DNA of 64,000 bases, from positions 595,203 to 659,202 of the forward strand of contig NMRA01000206.1 of assembly GCA_002633005.1 (NCBI GenBank), given 5' to 3'. A program made the translations under genes and the position numbers. Source of the stretch: Phoronis australis. Taxonomy: Eukaryota; Animalia; Phoronida. A model generated the notes under the pieces. The model had not been told where the DNA came from, did not search any database, and saw only the letters and a program-made list of their open reading frames with translations. Every line of letters begins with the position of its first letter. Position 1 is the first letter of the stretch. Shown here piece after piece: positions 63,505 through 64,000 of this stretch.

Positions 63505-63679
63505 TCATTTCTTTTTCCCGTTCCACTTCTTCATCATTTCCTCTAACGCCTGTTGCCAATCCGTTTGTCGAGTTCTAGCAATATCCCTGGCTGTCTTGGT
63601 GGTTTCGTCCGCTCCAACATTTTCGTGCTGGAGACCAACGTCGCGAACGGCTTGATTTTCTTGGTCAGCCAATGTAACT
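63505..63679 (-). CDS. Possible terminal coding exon of an unidentified gene beyond the right edge
   Basis: Polypyrimidine ttatcttcttttttgaag| followed by 57 open codons VTLADQENQAVRDVGLQHENVGADETTKTARDIARTRQTDWQQALEEMMKKWNGKKK*. Protein-like composition but no recognisable domain. Confidence 0.3.
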
Positions 63680-64000
63680 CTTCAAAAAAGAAGATAATTT
63701 TGTTTCATTTATTACAGTGGATGTACTGCATCGGCGTGTCGACCATTGCTACAAACAAAGAGAACAATAACGGTCGATGCAACAGGCGAGAGACACCGGT
63801 AGGCTGAGTGTCCTACATGCACGTAATTGACTGTCAAGAGACGGGCCCTGTTGGTCAGTGAATGCCCGAATTCTTCATTCAGATACATGCAGCTCGGGCC
63901 ACGACTTTAGACTGTCGCTGTGGAAATGGTTTTTGGAGACATTACAACGCCTTTTGTCCCGCATCATCAATATGATCGCGACTCGCACGCCAACATTTAC

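Overview
AT-rich, intron- and transposon-rich animal DNA, most likely from a marine invertebrate. It is not prokaryotic: there are no operons, rRNA or CRISPR arrays. The main gene is a minus-strand, multi-exon pentameric ligand-gated ion channel (pLGIC) of the Cys-less ('Pro-loop') type. I reconstructed it by hand from GT-AG exons at 24095-24223, 23115-23312, 18529-18636 (copy at 20598-20705), 17788-17934 (copy at 19827-19973), 15678-15833, 14408-14581 and 12090-12137. A probable first coding exon lies 28 kb upstream at 52130-52540. The predicted protein has no visible signal peptide, no Cys-loop disulfide and no N-glycosylation sequon in the ligand-binding domain. It also has a very short M3-M4 loop and a polybasic tail after M4, which suggests an inverted (cytoplasm-facing) topology. 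A ~1.85 kb duplication beside an N at 19573 is probably an uncollapsed haplotype. The window also holds the first exon of a secreted PAN/Apple-domain protein (420-744), four decayed LINEs (one with a relic 2A-like motif and an internal 38-bp minisatellite), and a Penelope-like element with inverted arms each carrying a hammerhead-ribozyme core. Many MITEs and palindrome-headed non-autonomous elements are present, one family carrying a tRNA-like module. All coordinates and alignments were done by eye.
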